The notes under the pieces are model-generated. The model was not told where the DNA came from. It made no database searches and worked only from the letters and a program-made list of their open reading frames with translations. A DNA stretch of 64,000 bases from assembly GCA_031459915.1 (NCBI GenBank), contig JAVKHO010000003.1, forward strand, positions 1 to 64,000. The letters run 5' to 3'. Each line of letters begins with the position of its first letter. The first letter of the stretch is position 1. The stretch is from Candidatus Tepidifontimicrobium thermophilum. GTDB lineage: Bacteria > Sysuimicrobiota > Sysuimicrobiia > Sysuimicrobiales > Sysuimicrobiaceae. Positions 18,833 to 27,089 of this stretch are shown here, one piece after another. Both the position numbers and the translations under genes were made by a program.

Positions 18833-19080
18833 AGGTCTGACCGGACGGACTTGGTGGACCGCTCCACCGGTCCTGCGACTCCCACAAGTGAGGTAGGATC
18901 CGCTGCACACGCGCCCGAGCCCGTGGGCCTCAGGGATCGGGAGCTGCAAGGGGTGCGCGCGACCCGCGGTCGCTAAAGCGAACCTATGTACGGGTCCTTG
19001 GGCGTTTTCCAGTTCCGCAAGGAACCGAGACCCGCGGGCTGCAGCTCCCGTCCCGCAGGATTCAAGCGGCAGGTCAACCT
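18833..19080 (+). ncRNA. Candidate structured ncRNA (possibly a divergent 6S RNA, otherwise unclassified)
   Basis: No credible ORF; nested helices including a 15-bp stem 18933-18948/19040-19054, a closing stem 18834-18842/19072-19079 and a GTTCC-GCAA-GGAAC GNRA hairpin; 6S-like words CCCGAGCC, GGGAGC and GGATTCAAG. Confidence 0.55.
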
Positions 19081-19108
19081 TGACAGCCTCCGGGGGTGTC
19101 CGTATGAT
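19080..19108 (+). promoter_or_regulatory. Near-consensus sigma70 promoter of the nuo operon
   Basis: TTGACA-17nt-TATGAT. Confidence 0.8.
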
Positions 19109-19279
19109 GCCCGTGGGCCGCGGCCGGACGCGCGACCCGGCGCGTCCCCTCGCGTTTGTTTTCCCGCCTTCCCACCGGCGCAGGTGGTGCGCCGATCGCG
19201 GCACCAGGAAGGACAGAGCCGCGTCGCCGGCGAACCCGTGCGCGGACGAGGAGGGAACCGAACCCTTTGAGGTGAGCGG

Positions 19280-19636
19280 GTGCCGCTGGACTGGGCGTAC
19301 GTGGCGGTCTTCGCGCTCGTGGGAGCGGGGATGGCGGCCCTCCCCCTGGGGCTGGTGTGGTTGCTGGCGCCGCGCAGCCAGTACCCCCAGAAGCGCATTG
19401 CCTACGAATCCGGGATCATCCCCTTTGGCGAGGCCTGGAGCCAGTTCCACGTCCGGTACTACCTGTTCGGGTTGGCCTTCCTCCTGTTCGACATCGAGGT
19501 CATCTACATCTACCCGTGGGCCGTGGTCCTCCGCGAGCTGGGCGGCTTCGCCTTCGTGGAGATGCTGATCTTCCTGGGCGTGTTGGGAGTCGGCTTGGCC
19601 TACGCGTGGAAGAAGGGTGCGCTGGAGTGGGCCTAG
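19280..19636 (+). CDS. nuoA: NADH-quinone oxidoreductase subunit A
   Basis: YESG..P, RYYLFGLAFLLFDIE...YPWA and YAWKKGALEW motifs. Confidence 0.96.
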   Translation: MPLDWAYVAVFALVGAGMAALPLGLVWLLAPRSQYPQKRIAYESGIIPFGEAWSQFHVRYYLFGLAFLLFDIEVIYIYPWAVVLRELGGFAFVEMLIFLGVLGVGLAYAWKKGALEWA

Positions 19637-20643
19637 GAGGGTTTCTCGGCTCGGTCTGGCAGGTGGAGCTTGTCCGCATGGTGGTCCTGGCCGCCGTGGT
19701 GTTCACCTTCCTGGCGGTCGGGGGCCCGCTGTTTTTGGTGCTCGCGGAGCGGAAGATCAGCGCCTGGATCCAGGCCCGCGTGGGGCCCAAGCACGTGGGC
19801 CCTCACGGCCTGCTCCAGACGGTGGCAGACACCCTGAAGCTGCTCTACAAGGAGAACATCGTCCCGCACCGGGCGGACGTGGTGCTGTTCTCCGTAGCCC
19901 CCGTCCTGGTGGCGGTGGCGGCCCTTCTGGACTGGGTGGTGATCCCCTTCGCGCCCGGCTGGGTGGTGCGGGATCTGAACGTGGGGATCCTGTACTTCGC
20001 CGCGGTGAGCAGCCTGACGGTCATCGGTATCGTGACGGGGGGCTGGGCGTCCAACAACAAGTACTCGCTGCTGGGCGGTCTGCGGTCCGCGGCCCAGATG
20101 GTATCCTACGAGCTGCCCCTGGCTTTCTCCCTGCTCCTGGTGGCCACCGTCACGGGGACCCTGTCTACGGTGCGCATCGTGGAGGCTCAGCCGTATCCCG
20201 CGTACTTGTACCCGTCTGTGGGGGTGGCCGCGGTCGTGTTCCTGGTGGCGGCCACCGCGGAGACCAACCGGATCCCCTTTGACCTCCCGGAGGCAGAGGC
20301 GGAGCTGGTGGCGGGGTACTTCTCGGAGTACACGCCCATGCGCTTCGCCCTGTTCCAGCTGGGGGAGTACGGGTCGCTGCTGGCCAGCTCGGCGTTGTTC
20401 ACCACGCTGTTCCTAGGTGGGTGGAAGGGCCCCTTTTCGCTGCCCTGGTTGGGTCCCGTGGGGAACGGTCTGGTGTGGTTCCTCCTGAAAACGTACGCGG
20501 TCGTTTTCTTCCTCATGTGGGTGCGGTGGACGTACCCACGGTTCCGGATCGACCAGTTGCTGGGGCTTTCCTGGAAGGTGCTGCTCCCCGTGAGCATGGT
20601 GAACCTTCTCGTGGCGGGCGGGCTGGTGGTGATCGTGCGGTGA
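19627..20643 (+). CDS. nuoH: NADH-quinone oxidoreductase subunit H
   Basis: ERKISAWIQARVGP, SNNKYSLLGGLRSAAQMVSYE, ETNRIPFDLPEAE and PRFRIDQ motifs; GTG 19627 overlaps the nuoA end. Confidence 0.95.
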   Translation: MGLGGFLGSVWQVELVRMVVLAAVVFTFLAVGGPLFLVLAERKISAWIQARVGPKHVGPHGLLQTVADTLKLLYKENIVPHRADVVLFSVAPVLVAVAALLDWVVIPFAPGWVVRDLNVGILYFAAVSSLTVIGIVTGGWASNNKYSLLGGLRSAAQMVSYELPLAFSLLLVATVTGTLSTVRIVEAQPYPAYLYPSVGVAAVVFLVAATAETNRIPFDLPEAEAELVAGYFSEYTPMRFALFQLGEYGSLLASSALFTTLFLGGWKGPFSLPWLGPVGNGLVWFLLKTYAVVFFLMWVRWTYPRFRIDQLLGLSWKVLLPVSMVNLLVAGGLVVIVR

Positions 20644-21134
20644 ACGCGGAGGCCCTGGCCTTCTATGCGCTGGCCGCCATGGTCCTCGTGGGCGGGGCGC
20701 TGGTGGTGTACTCTCGCAACCTAGTCCACGCCGCGGTGTCCCTGGTCCCCACCCTCCTCGGGGTGGCTGGGTTGTACGTGCTCCTGCACGCGGAGTTCGT
20801 CACCGCGATCCAGATCCTCATCTACGTGGGGGCGATCACCGTTCTCATCCTGTTCGTCATCCTGCTCACGGAGGGGGCCACGGGCCTCCGGGTGCGGCAG
20901 CGTAACGAACAGGTTCCCCTGGCCCTGGGAGTGTGCGGGGCGCTGGTGGTGCTCCTGTGGGTGGTTCTCCTGCGGGTGCCGTGGGGTCCAGCAGCCGGAC
21001 CGCTGCCCCCCTACAACCCCGGAGCCGTGGGCCGCAGCTTCCTCATGCCCTACGTGTTGGCCTTCGAGGTAACCTCCCTGGTGATCCTGGCTTCGCTGGT
21101 GGGGGCCATCGTCATCGCCCGGAGGGAGGAATGA
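20640..21134 (+). CDS. nuoJ: NADH-quinone oxidoreductase subunit J
   Basis: N.VHAA, L.AEF....QILIYVGAI.VL.LF and FE..S..L...LVGA motifs. Confidence 0.95.
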   Translation: MNAEALAFYALAAMVLVGGALVVYSRNLVHAAVSLVPTLLGVAGLYVLLHAEFVTAIQILIYVGAITVLILFVILLTEGATGLRVRQRNEQVPLALGVCGALVVLLWVVLLRVPWGPAAGPLPPYNPGAVGRSFLMPYVLAFEVTSLVILASLVGAIVIARREE

Positions 21135-21439
21135 TCGGACTACCCCACTACCTCGTCCTGTCCAGTCTGCTGTTCGGCATGGGACTCTACGGAGTCCTTA
21201 CGAGGAGGAACGCGGTGGCCATCCTGATGGGTATCGAGCTCATGTTGAACGCAGCCAACGTGAACTTCGTGGCCTTCACCAAGTTCGTGGATCCTACCTT
21301 CGTCCGCGGCCACGTGGCGGCCCTCGTGATCATCACTCTGGCGGCGTGTGAGGCGGCGGTCGGGCTCGCCCTGATCATCAACGCGTACCGCCACCTGGAG
21401 ACGGTGAACGTGGACCAGGTGGATTTGCTGAAGGGCTAG
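21131..21439 (+). CDS. nuoK: NADH-quinone oxidoreductase subunit K
   Basis: RRNAVAILMGIELMLNAANVNF and AACEAAVGLAL motifs. Confidence 0.96.
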   Translation: MIGLPHYLVLSSLLFGMGLYGVLTRRNAVAILMGIELMLNAANVNFVAFTKFVDPTFVRGHVAALVIITLAACEAAVGLALIINAYRHLETVNVDQVDLLKG

Positions 21440-21448
21440 GAGGACGCG

Positions 21449-23518
21449 GTGGCCCGCCTGGCCTGGTTGATCCCCTTGTTCCCGCTGGCCGGGTACGGGA
21501 TCCTGATCTTCCGGGGCCGGGCCCTGGGAGACCGCGCCCCCTACGTGGCCATCGGGGCGATGGCCCTGTCGGCCGTGCTGGGCTGGGGGACGTTCCTGGA
21601 GCAGGTCCTGGGCGCGCCTCCCTTCGTGTGGCGGGCCGCGTGGGCGGTGGGCGGGGAGCGGGTGATCACCGTGGGCTACACCGTGGACCCGCTGTCCAGC
21701 ATCACCGTGGCCATGATCACCCTGGTGGGCGGGCTGATCTTCGTCTATTCCGTCGGCTACATGCACGGGGACCCCTACTACGCCCGCTTCTTCGCCTTCC
21801 TTTCGTTGTTCTGTGCGGGCATGCTCACCATGGTCTTGGCCAACAGCTTCCTCCTGATGCTCATCGGGTGGGAAGTCATCGGCTTGTGCTCCTACCTCCT
21901 GATCGGCTTCTACTTCCGCCGGCGTTCCGCCAACCTGGCTCAGATGAAGGCGTTCCTCACCACCCGGGTGGGGGACACCCTCATGCTGGTGGGCATCATG
22001 GCCCTGTTCTGGCAGTTCGGCACCCTGGACTACCAGACGGTGTTCGAGGCCGTCCGAGAGGGAGCGGAGAAGGCGTCCGCGGTGGTCCGTCTGGGTCCGT
22101 GGGAGGTCCCCCTGGTCACCCTCACCGCGCTGCTGATCTTCGGCGGGCCCATCGGGAAGAGTGGCCAGTTCCCCCTGCACGTGTGGCTTCCGGACGCCAT
22201 GGAAGGCCCAACCCCCGTTTCCGCCCTGATCCACGCAGCCACCATGGTGGCCGCGGGCGTCTACCTCGTGGGACGTGCCTATCCCCTGTTCTTCTTCACC
22301 CCGCACCACGAGGCTCTGGCGTGGGTGGCGTGGGTGGGAACCGTGACGGCCCTCATGGCTGGGCTGATCGCCCTCGCGCAGGACGACATCAAGCGCATCC
22401 TGGCGTACTCCACCATCAGCCAGCTAGGTTTCATGATGGCCGGCCTGGGCGTCCTGGGTTACACCGCGGGGCTGTTCCACCTCCTGACCCACGCCTTCTT
22501 CAAGGCCCTGCTGTTCCTGGCGGCGGGCAGCGTGATCCACGCGGTTCACACCAACAACATCAAGGAGATGGGCGGCCTCTGGCGAGCCATGCCCGTCACC
22601 TTCTGGACGTTCCTGGCGGGGTTCCTGGCGCTGGCGGGGGTGTTCCCCTTCGCGGGCTTCTGGAGCAAGGACGAGATCCTGCTGGAGGCGTACCACCACA
22701 ACCCCGGGATCTACGCCCTCCTCACCGCGGCTGCGTTCCTCACGGCCCTTTACATGTCCCGACTGGTCGCATACGCCTTTTTCGGCCGCTACCGAGGGCC
22801 GGAGCAACCGGAACCCGATCCGTGGTTGCCGGAGGACTACGCGCGGGCTGGAGTCCGCGGCCCTCACCACGGGCACGGTGCGCACCACGGACCCCACGAG
22901 AGCCCTCCTGTGATGACCGTCCCTCTGGTGGTGTTGGCGTTCTTCGCGCTCGTGGCGGGGTTCGTAGGGATTCCGGGCACAGGCCCAGAGGGGGGCTCCT
23001 GGATCCACCACTTCCTCAAGTTCGAGGGCTTCGAGGAGGCGGGCATCCGCGCGCCCAGTTTCTCGTGGCCTCTGGCGCTGCGCTCCCTGGCGGTGGCGTT
23101 CGCGGGGGTGGGGGTGGCATGGGTGGTCTACGGGGCCAGGTGGGTTCGTAGCGACCAGGTGCGCGAGTGGGTCGGGCCCCTCTACCCCTTCCTGCGCAAC
23201 CGGATGTACATCGACACCGTCTACGCGTGGGTGTTCGTGCGCGGCGGGCTCGCCCTGGCCGCGGGGCTGCGGTGGTTCGACGTGCACGTCGTGGACGGGC
23301 TGGTCAACCTGGTGGGTTGGGTGACGGTGCTGGTGAGCCGCCTGCACCGGCTGTTCGACACCTACGTGGTGGACGGGTTGGTGAACCTAGTGGGGGGGCT
23401 GACCCGGGGATTGGGGATCCTGCTGCGCCCCCTGCAGACCGGGCGCGCGTACAACTACATCCTGGTGGCGGCGGCAGGGGTAGCGATCATCGTGGTGGTG
23501 AGTCTGTGGAAACTGTGA
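21449..23518 (+). CDS. nuoL: NADH-quinone oxidoreductase subunit L
   Basis: GKSGQFPLHVWLPDAMEGPTPVSALIHAATMV and HAFFKALLFL motifs. Confidence 0.96.
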   Translation: MARLAWLIPLFPLAGYGILIFRGRALGDRAPYVAIGAMALSAVLGWGTFLEQVLGAPPFVWRAAWAVGGERVITVGYTVDPLSSITVAMITLVGGLIFVYSVGYMHGDPYYARFFAFLSLFCAGMLTMVLANSFLLMLIGWEVIGLCSYLLIGFYFRRRSANLAQMKAFLTTRVGDTLMLVGIMALFWQFGTLDYQTVFEAVREGAEKASAVVRLGPWEVPLVTLTALLIFGGPIGKSGQFPLHVWLPDAMEGPTPVSALIHAATMVAAGVYLVGRAYPLFFFTPHHEALAWVAWVGTVTALMAGLIALAQDDIKRILAYSTISQLGFMMAGLGVLGYTAGLFHLLTHAFFKALLFLAAGSVIHAVHTNNIKEMGGLWRAMPVTFWTFLAGFLALAGVFPFAGFWSKDEILLEAYHHNPGIYALLTAAAFLTALYMSRLVAYAFFGRYRGPEQPEPDPWLPEDYARAGVRGPHHGHGAHHGPHESPPVMTVPLVVLAFFALVAGFVGIPGTGPEGGSWIHHFLKFEGFEEAGIRAPSFSWPLALRSLAVAFAGVGVAWVVYGARWVRSDQVREWVGPLYPFLRNRMYIDTVYAWVFVRGGLALAAGLRWFDVHVVDGLVNLVGWVTVLVSRLHRLFDTYVVDGLVNLVGGLTRGLGILLRPLQTGRAYNYILVAAAGVAIIVVVSLWKL

Positions 23519-23564
23519 ACGGTCCGGTGCGAGGGCTGCGAATCTGGAATCCGGGAGTCGAAGG

Positions 23565-25073
23565 ATGCCGATCCTGACCCTTACCCTGTTCCTCCCCCTC
23601 GTAGGGGCGCTCGTGTTGCTGTTCCTCCCGAAGGAGGACGCGGACCGGATCCGCAGGGTCACGCTCGGGTTCACCCTGGCTACCTTCGTGGCGTCCCTGC
23701 TGATCCTGCCGCGGTTCGAGTTCGGGCGCCGGGAGATCCAGCTCATCGAGCAGGCTGCATGGATCCCGGCGGTGGGCATTCAGTACAAGGTCGGGGTGGA
23801 CGGGCTGAGCCTGGTCCTCGCGTTGCTCACTACGCTCCTCACGGTGCTGTCGGTCCTGTACTCCTTCCGCGAGACGCACCGGGTGAAGGAATACAACCTG
23901 CTGTTCCTGCTCCTCGAAACTGGGATGCTGGGCGTGTTTTTCGCCCTGGACTTCTTCCTCTTCTACGTGTTCTGGGAGTTGACCCTGGTGCCCATGTACT
24001 TCCTCATCGGGATCTGGGGTGGGCCCCGGCGGGAATACGCCGCCATCAAGTTCTTCCTGTACACCCTGGTGGGGTCCCTGGCCATGTTGCTGGGCATCCT
24101 GCTCCTGTACTTCCACCTGCCGCCGGGCCAGCGGACTTTCGACGTGCTGGAGATCGTCCGGCAGCGTCCGCTGGCGGGTACGGGCCTGCTGGCCCAGCTG
24201 GCTTTCTGGGGCTTCTTCCTCTCCTTCGCCATCAAGGTGCCCATGTGGCCGTTCCACACGTGGTTGCCTGACGCGCACGTGGAGGCGCCTACCGCGGGGA
24301 GCGTGATCCTGGCCGCCATTCTCCTGAAGCTCGGGACGTACGGGTTCGTGCGGTTCAGCCTCCCCCTGTTCCCGGAGGTGTTCCACCAGCACGCGCTGCT
24401 CATTGCGACCCTGGCGGTGATCGGGGTGATCTACGGCGCCCTCGTGGCCATGGCGCAGACGGACCTTAAGAAGCTGGTCGCTTACTCCTCCGTGAACCAC
24501 ATGGGCTACGTGATGCTGGCAGTGGCCGCGGCCGCTTACGCCTACGGCCGGCAGGAGCTGGCGGACGCTGCCGCCACGGCCTTGAACGGAGCCACCATGG
24601 AGATGCTAGCCCACGGGATCATCACGGGGGCCCTGTTCCTGGTGGTGGGCGTGATCTATGACGACCGCGCGCACACCCGAGGCGTGGACGACTTCGGTGG
24701 GCTGTGGGCGGTGCTCCCGAAGTACGGTGCCGTGTCCATCACGGCGATGTTCGCGTCTCTGGGGCTGCCGGGGCTCATGGGCTTCGTGGCGGAGTTCCTC
24801 ATCTTCGTGGGCTCGTTCAGCATCATCCCGGTGTTCACCGCCTTGGCGGCCCTGGGCGTGGTGATCACCGCCGCCTTCTTCCTGTGGACCATCCAGCGGA
24901 TCTTCCTGGGGCCCACCAACCCGCGGTGGGTGAACCTGCCGGACTTGGACCGCCGGGAGGCGTGGACGTTGTTCCCGCTGGTGGTCCTCATGATCGCGTT
25001 CGGAGTCTACCCCAAGCCATTGCTGGACATCATCAACCTCACCAGCAGCCAGCTGGTGGCGATGCTGCGATGA
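23565..25073 (+). CDS. nuoM: NADH-quinone oxidoreductase subunit M
   Basis: FYVFWELTLVPMYFLIGIWG and PFHTWLPDAHVEAPTAGSV motifs. Confidence 0.96.
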   Translation: MPILTLTLFLPLVGALVLLFLPKEDADRIRRVTLGFTLATFVASLLILPRFEFGRREIQLIEQAAWIPAVGIQYKVGVDGLSLVLALLTTLLTVLSVLYSFRETHRVKEYNLLFLLLETGMLGVFFALDFFLFYVFWELTLVPMYFLIGIWGGPRREYAAIKFFLYTLVGSLAMLLGILLLYFHLPPGQRTFDVLEIVRQRPLAGTGLLAQLAFWGFFLSFAIKVPMWPFHTWLPDAHVEAPTAGSVILAAILLKLGTYGFVRFSLPLFPEVFHQHALLIATLAVIGVIYGALVAMAQTDLKKLVAYSSVNHMGYVMLAVAAAAYAYGRQELADAAATALNGATMEMLAHGIITGALFLVVGVIYDDRAHTRGVDDFGGLWAVLPKYGAVSITAMFASLGLPGLMGFVAEFLIFVGSFSIIPVFTALAALGVVITAAFFLWTIQRIFLGPTNPRWVNLPDLDRREAWTLFPLVVLMIAFGVYPKPLLDIINLTSSQLVAMLR

Positions 25074-26521
25074 ACTGGGCGGACCTGAGGTGGTTGGTCC
25101 CGGAGCTGGTCGTGGCTGCCGCGGCCGTGGCCCTTTTAGGGGCGGACCTCGTGCTCCCCGCGGACCGGAAGCGGTGGCTGGGAGGGTTGGCCCTGGCTTC
25201 CCTGGTGGCCGCGGGGGCCGCCTGCGCGGTGGTGCTGACCGACCTGGGCGGCCTGGGGGCCCCAGGGGTCCGCGTCTTCGCGGACACGTACACGGTGGAC
25301 GCTTTCGCGGTGTACTTCAAGCTGGTGGCCCTGGCGGCGGTGGCCTTGGTGGTTCTCGTGAGCTTGGACTACTTCCCCGGCAGGACCCCACACCTGGGAG
25401 AGGTGTTCAGCCTCCTCCTGTTCTCGGGTGTGGGGCTCCTGCTCATGGCCAGCGCCTCGGACCTGATCCTGCTCCTGCTCAGCATCGAGTTTGTGTCCCT
25501 GAGCTCGTACCTCCTGGCGGGGTTCCTTAAGAGGGACCCGAAGAGCAATGAGGCGGGGGTGAAGTACTTCCTGTACGGTGCGGCCACCACCGGGGTGATG
25601 GCCTACGGGTTCTCCCTCCTCTACGGCCTGACGGGCAGCACCATCCTGTACGACATTGCGGCCCGGCTCGACCGGGCGGGCCCTGCGGCGTACCTGGCGG
25701 TGGGAATGGCCCTGGCCGGATTCGGGTTCAAGGTGTCCATGGTCCCCTTCCACCAGTGGACCCCGGACGTGTACGAGGGCGCGCCCACGCCGATCACCGC
25801 TTTCCTGTCCGTGGGGCCCAAGGCGGCCGGTTTCGCAGCCCTGGTGCGCACCCTGAGCATCGGGATCCCCCTGGAACAGGTGAACTGGCCGGTTCTGCTG
25901 GCGGCCCTGAGCGCGGTGACCATGACCGTGGGGAACCTGCTGGCGCTGCTGCAGCGCAACCTGAAGAGGATGCTGGCGTACTCCAGCATCGCGCATGCCG
26001 GCTACGTACTCATCGCCCTCGCCGCGTGGAAGTCGGCCTGGGCCCTACAGGGCTTGCTGTACTACCTGTTAGCGTACCTGTTCATGAACCTGGGGGCGTT
26101 CTTCGTGGCCATGGTGGCCGCGGAAGGCACGGGCTCCGACGAGATTCCTGACCACGCGGGGCTGAGCCAGCGGGCGCCTTGGGTCGCCGGGGCCATGGTG
26201 GTCTTCATGTTGTCGCTGACGGGCATCCCGCCTACGGCGGGCTTCTTCGGGAAGTTCTACCTCTTCGCGGCCGCGGTGGACGCGGGCCTGCTGTGGCTGG
26301 CGGCGCTCGCGGTGGCCAACAGCGTGATCTCGCTGTACTACTACGTGGGCGTGCTACGGGCCCTGTACCTCATGCCCCCAGCGGCTCCCGGTCCGGTCCC
26401 GGTCCCCGCCGGACTGCGGGTGGGCGTGCTGGTGGCCCTGATCGGCACGCTGGCGGCGGGCTTGTACCCGGAGCCGGTGGTGACGTTCGTGGAGGTGGCC
26501 CGACGGCTGCTGGGGAGTTAG
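25070..26521 (+). CDS. nuoN: NADH-quinone oxidoreductase subunit N
   Basis: EAGVKYF, FKVSMVPFHQWTPDVYEGAPTP and KRMLAYSSIAHAGY motifs; ATGA overlap with nuoM. Confidence 0.96.
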   Translation: MNWADLRWLVPELVVAAAAVALLGADLVLPADRKRWLGGLALASLVAAGAACAVVLTDLGGLGAPGVRVFADTYTVDAFAVYFKLVALAAVALVVLVSLDYFPGRTPHLGEVFSLLLFSGVGLLLMASASDLILLLLSIEFVSLSSYLLAGFLKRDPKSNEAGVKYFLYGAATTGVMAYGFSLLYGLTGSTILYDIAARLDRAGPAAYLAVGMALAGFGFKVSMVPFHQWTPDVYEGAPTPITAFLSVGPKAAGFAALVRTLSIGIPLEQVNWPVLLAALSAVTMTVGNLLALLQRNLKRMLAYSSIAHAGYVLIALAAWKSAWALQGLLYYLLAYLFMNLGAFFVAMVAAEGTGSDEIPDHAGLSQRAPWVAGAMVVFMLSLTGIPPTAGFFGKFYLFAAAVDAGLLWLAALAVANSVISLYYYVGVLRALYLMPPAAPGPVPVPAGLRVGVLVALIGTLAAGLYPEPVVTFVEVARRLLGS

Positions 26522-26744
26522 GGCGTGCTCGGGAACGGCGTGCTTGCGGCTGGCCCGCTGGAGCCCGGAGGGGCGGTGTCGGAGTGGCTCAGCTGTGGTA
26601 GCATAATCGGGGCGGTGTCCCGGCGCCGGGCCGGCGCGGCGGGGGCCGCCGTTCGCGTGCTTGGGCGGTTCGTCTCACCGCGGTGCGCCTGCGGTTTTCC
26701 GCACCCACGAAGCGAGGAGCGCGGGACGGAGGAGGAAGGGCAGC

Positions 26745-27089
26745 ATGGCTGAGGGCCACGACCGCCACCGGCCGAACGTTCTGGAGTTACTGGCGGAGAA
26801 GGAGCGGGAGCTGGAGCAGCGTCTCGCGGAGGCCCGCGCGGAGGCGGACCGCTTGGTGAAGGAGGCAGAAGCAGAGGCCGCGCGCATCCGGGCTCGAGCC
26901 CAGGAGGAAGCTGCCCGGCTGGAGCGGGAGGCGCGGGAGCGGGCGGAGGCAGAGGCGCGCGCGGCGGAGGAGGACGAGCTCCGGAGGGCCGAGGAGGAGG
27001 CCGAGCGGGTCCGGCAGAGCGCGCAGCACAATCTGGAAGCAGCGGTGCGCCGGGTGCTGGCCGCTGTCCTGCAGGGCTTGGAGCCATGA
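26745..27089 (+). CDS. V/A-type ATP synthase peripheral stalk subunit G/H
   Basis: E/A/R-rich coiled coil of 114 aa, first gene of the operon; RBS GGAGGA. Confidence 0.8.
   Translation: MAEGHDRHRPNVLELLAEKERELEQRLAEARAEADRLVKEAEAEAARIRARAQEEAARLEREARERAEAEARAAEEDELRRAEEEAERVRQSAQHNLEAAVRRVLAAVLQGLEP

Noticed and set aside
18817..18845. HDV-like (theta) ribozyme at the tRNA-Thr 3' trailer, suggested by CTCCTCGTG
   Set aside because: I could not build P1/P2/P3; only one P3 pair forms. An in vitro cleavage test would settle it.
18849..18864. T-box-like TTGGTGGACCGC
   Set aside because: It is one nucleotide short of GGTGGNACCGCG, with no Stem I, no terminator and no amino-acid gene downstream.
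19005..19030. SRP RNA helix-8-like CCAGTTCCGCAAGGAACC
   Set aside because: It lacks the conserved CAGG...GGAA...AGCAG internal loop; it is a plain GNRA hairpin.
19066..19200. Cobalamin-riboswitch-like words on the minus strand (GGGAAGGC...GACCTGCC)
   Set aside because: The 5' core is missing, no minus-strand gene lies downstream, and a consensus plus-strand promoter occupies the region.
22780..22920. His-rich insertion in NuoL (PHHGHGAHHGPHES)
   Set aside because: His-rich loops before the PHES motif are common in NuoL.
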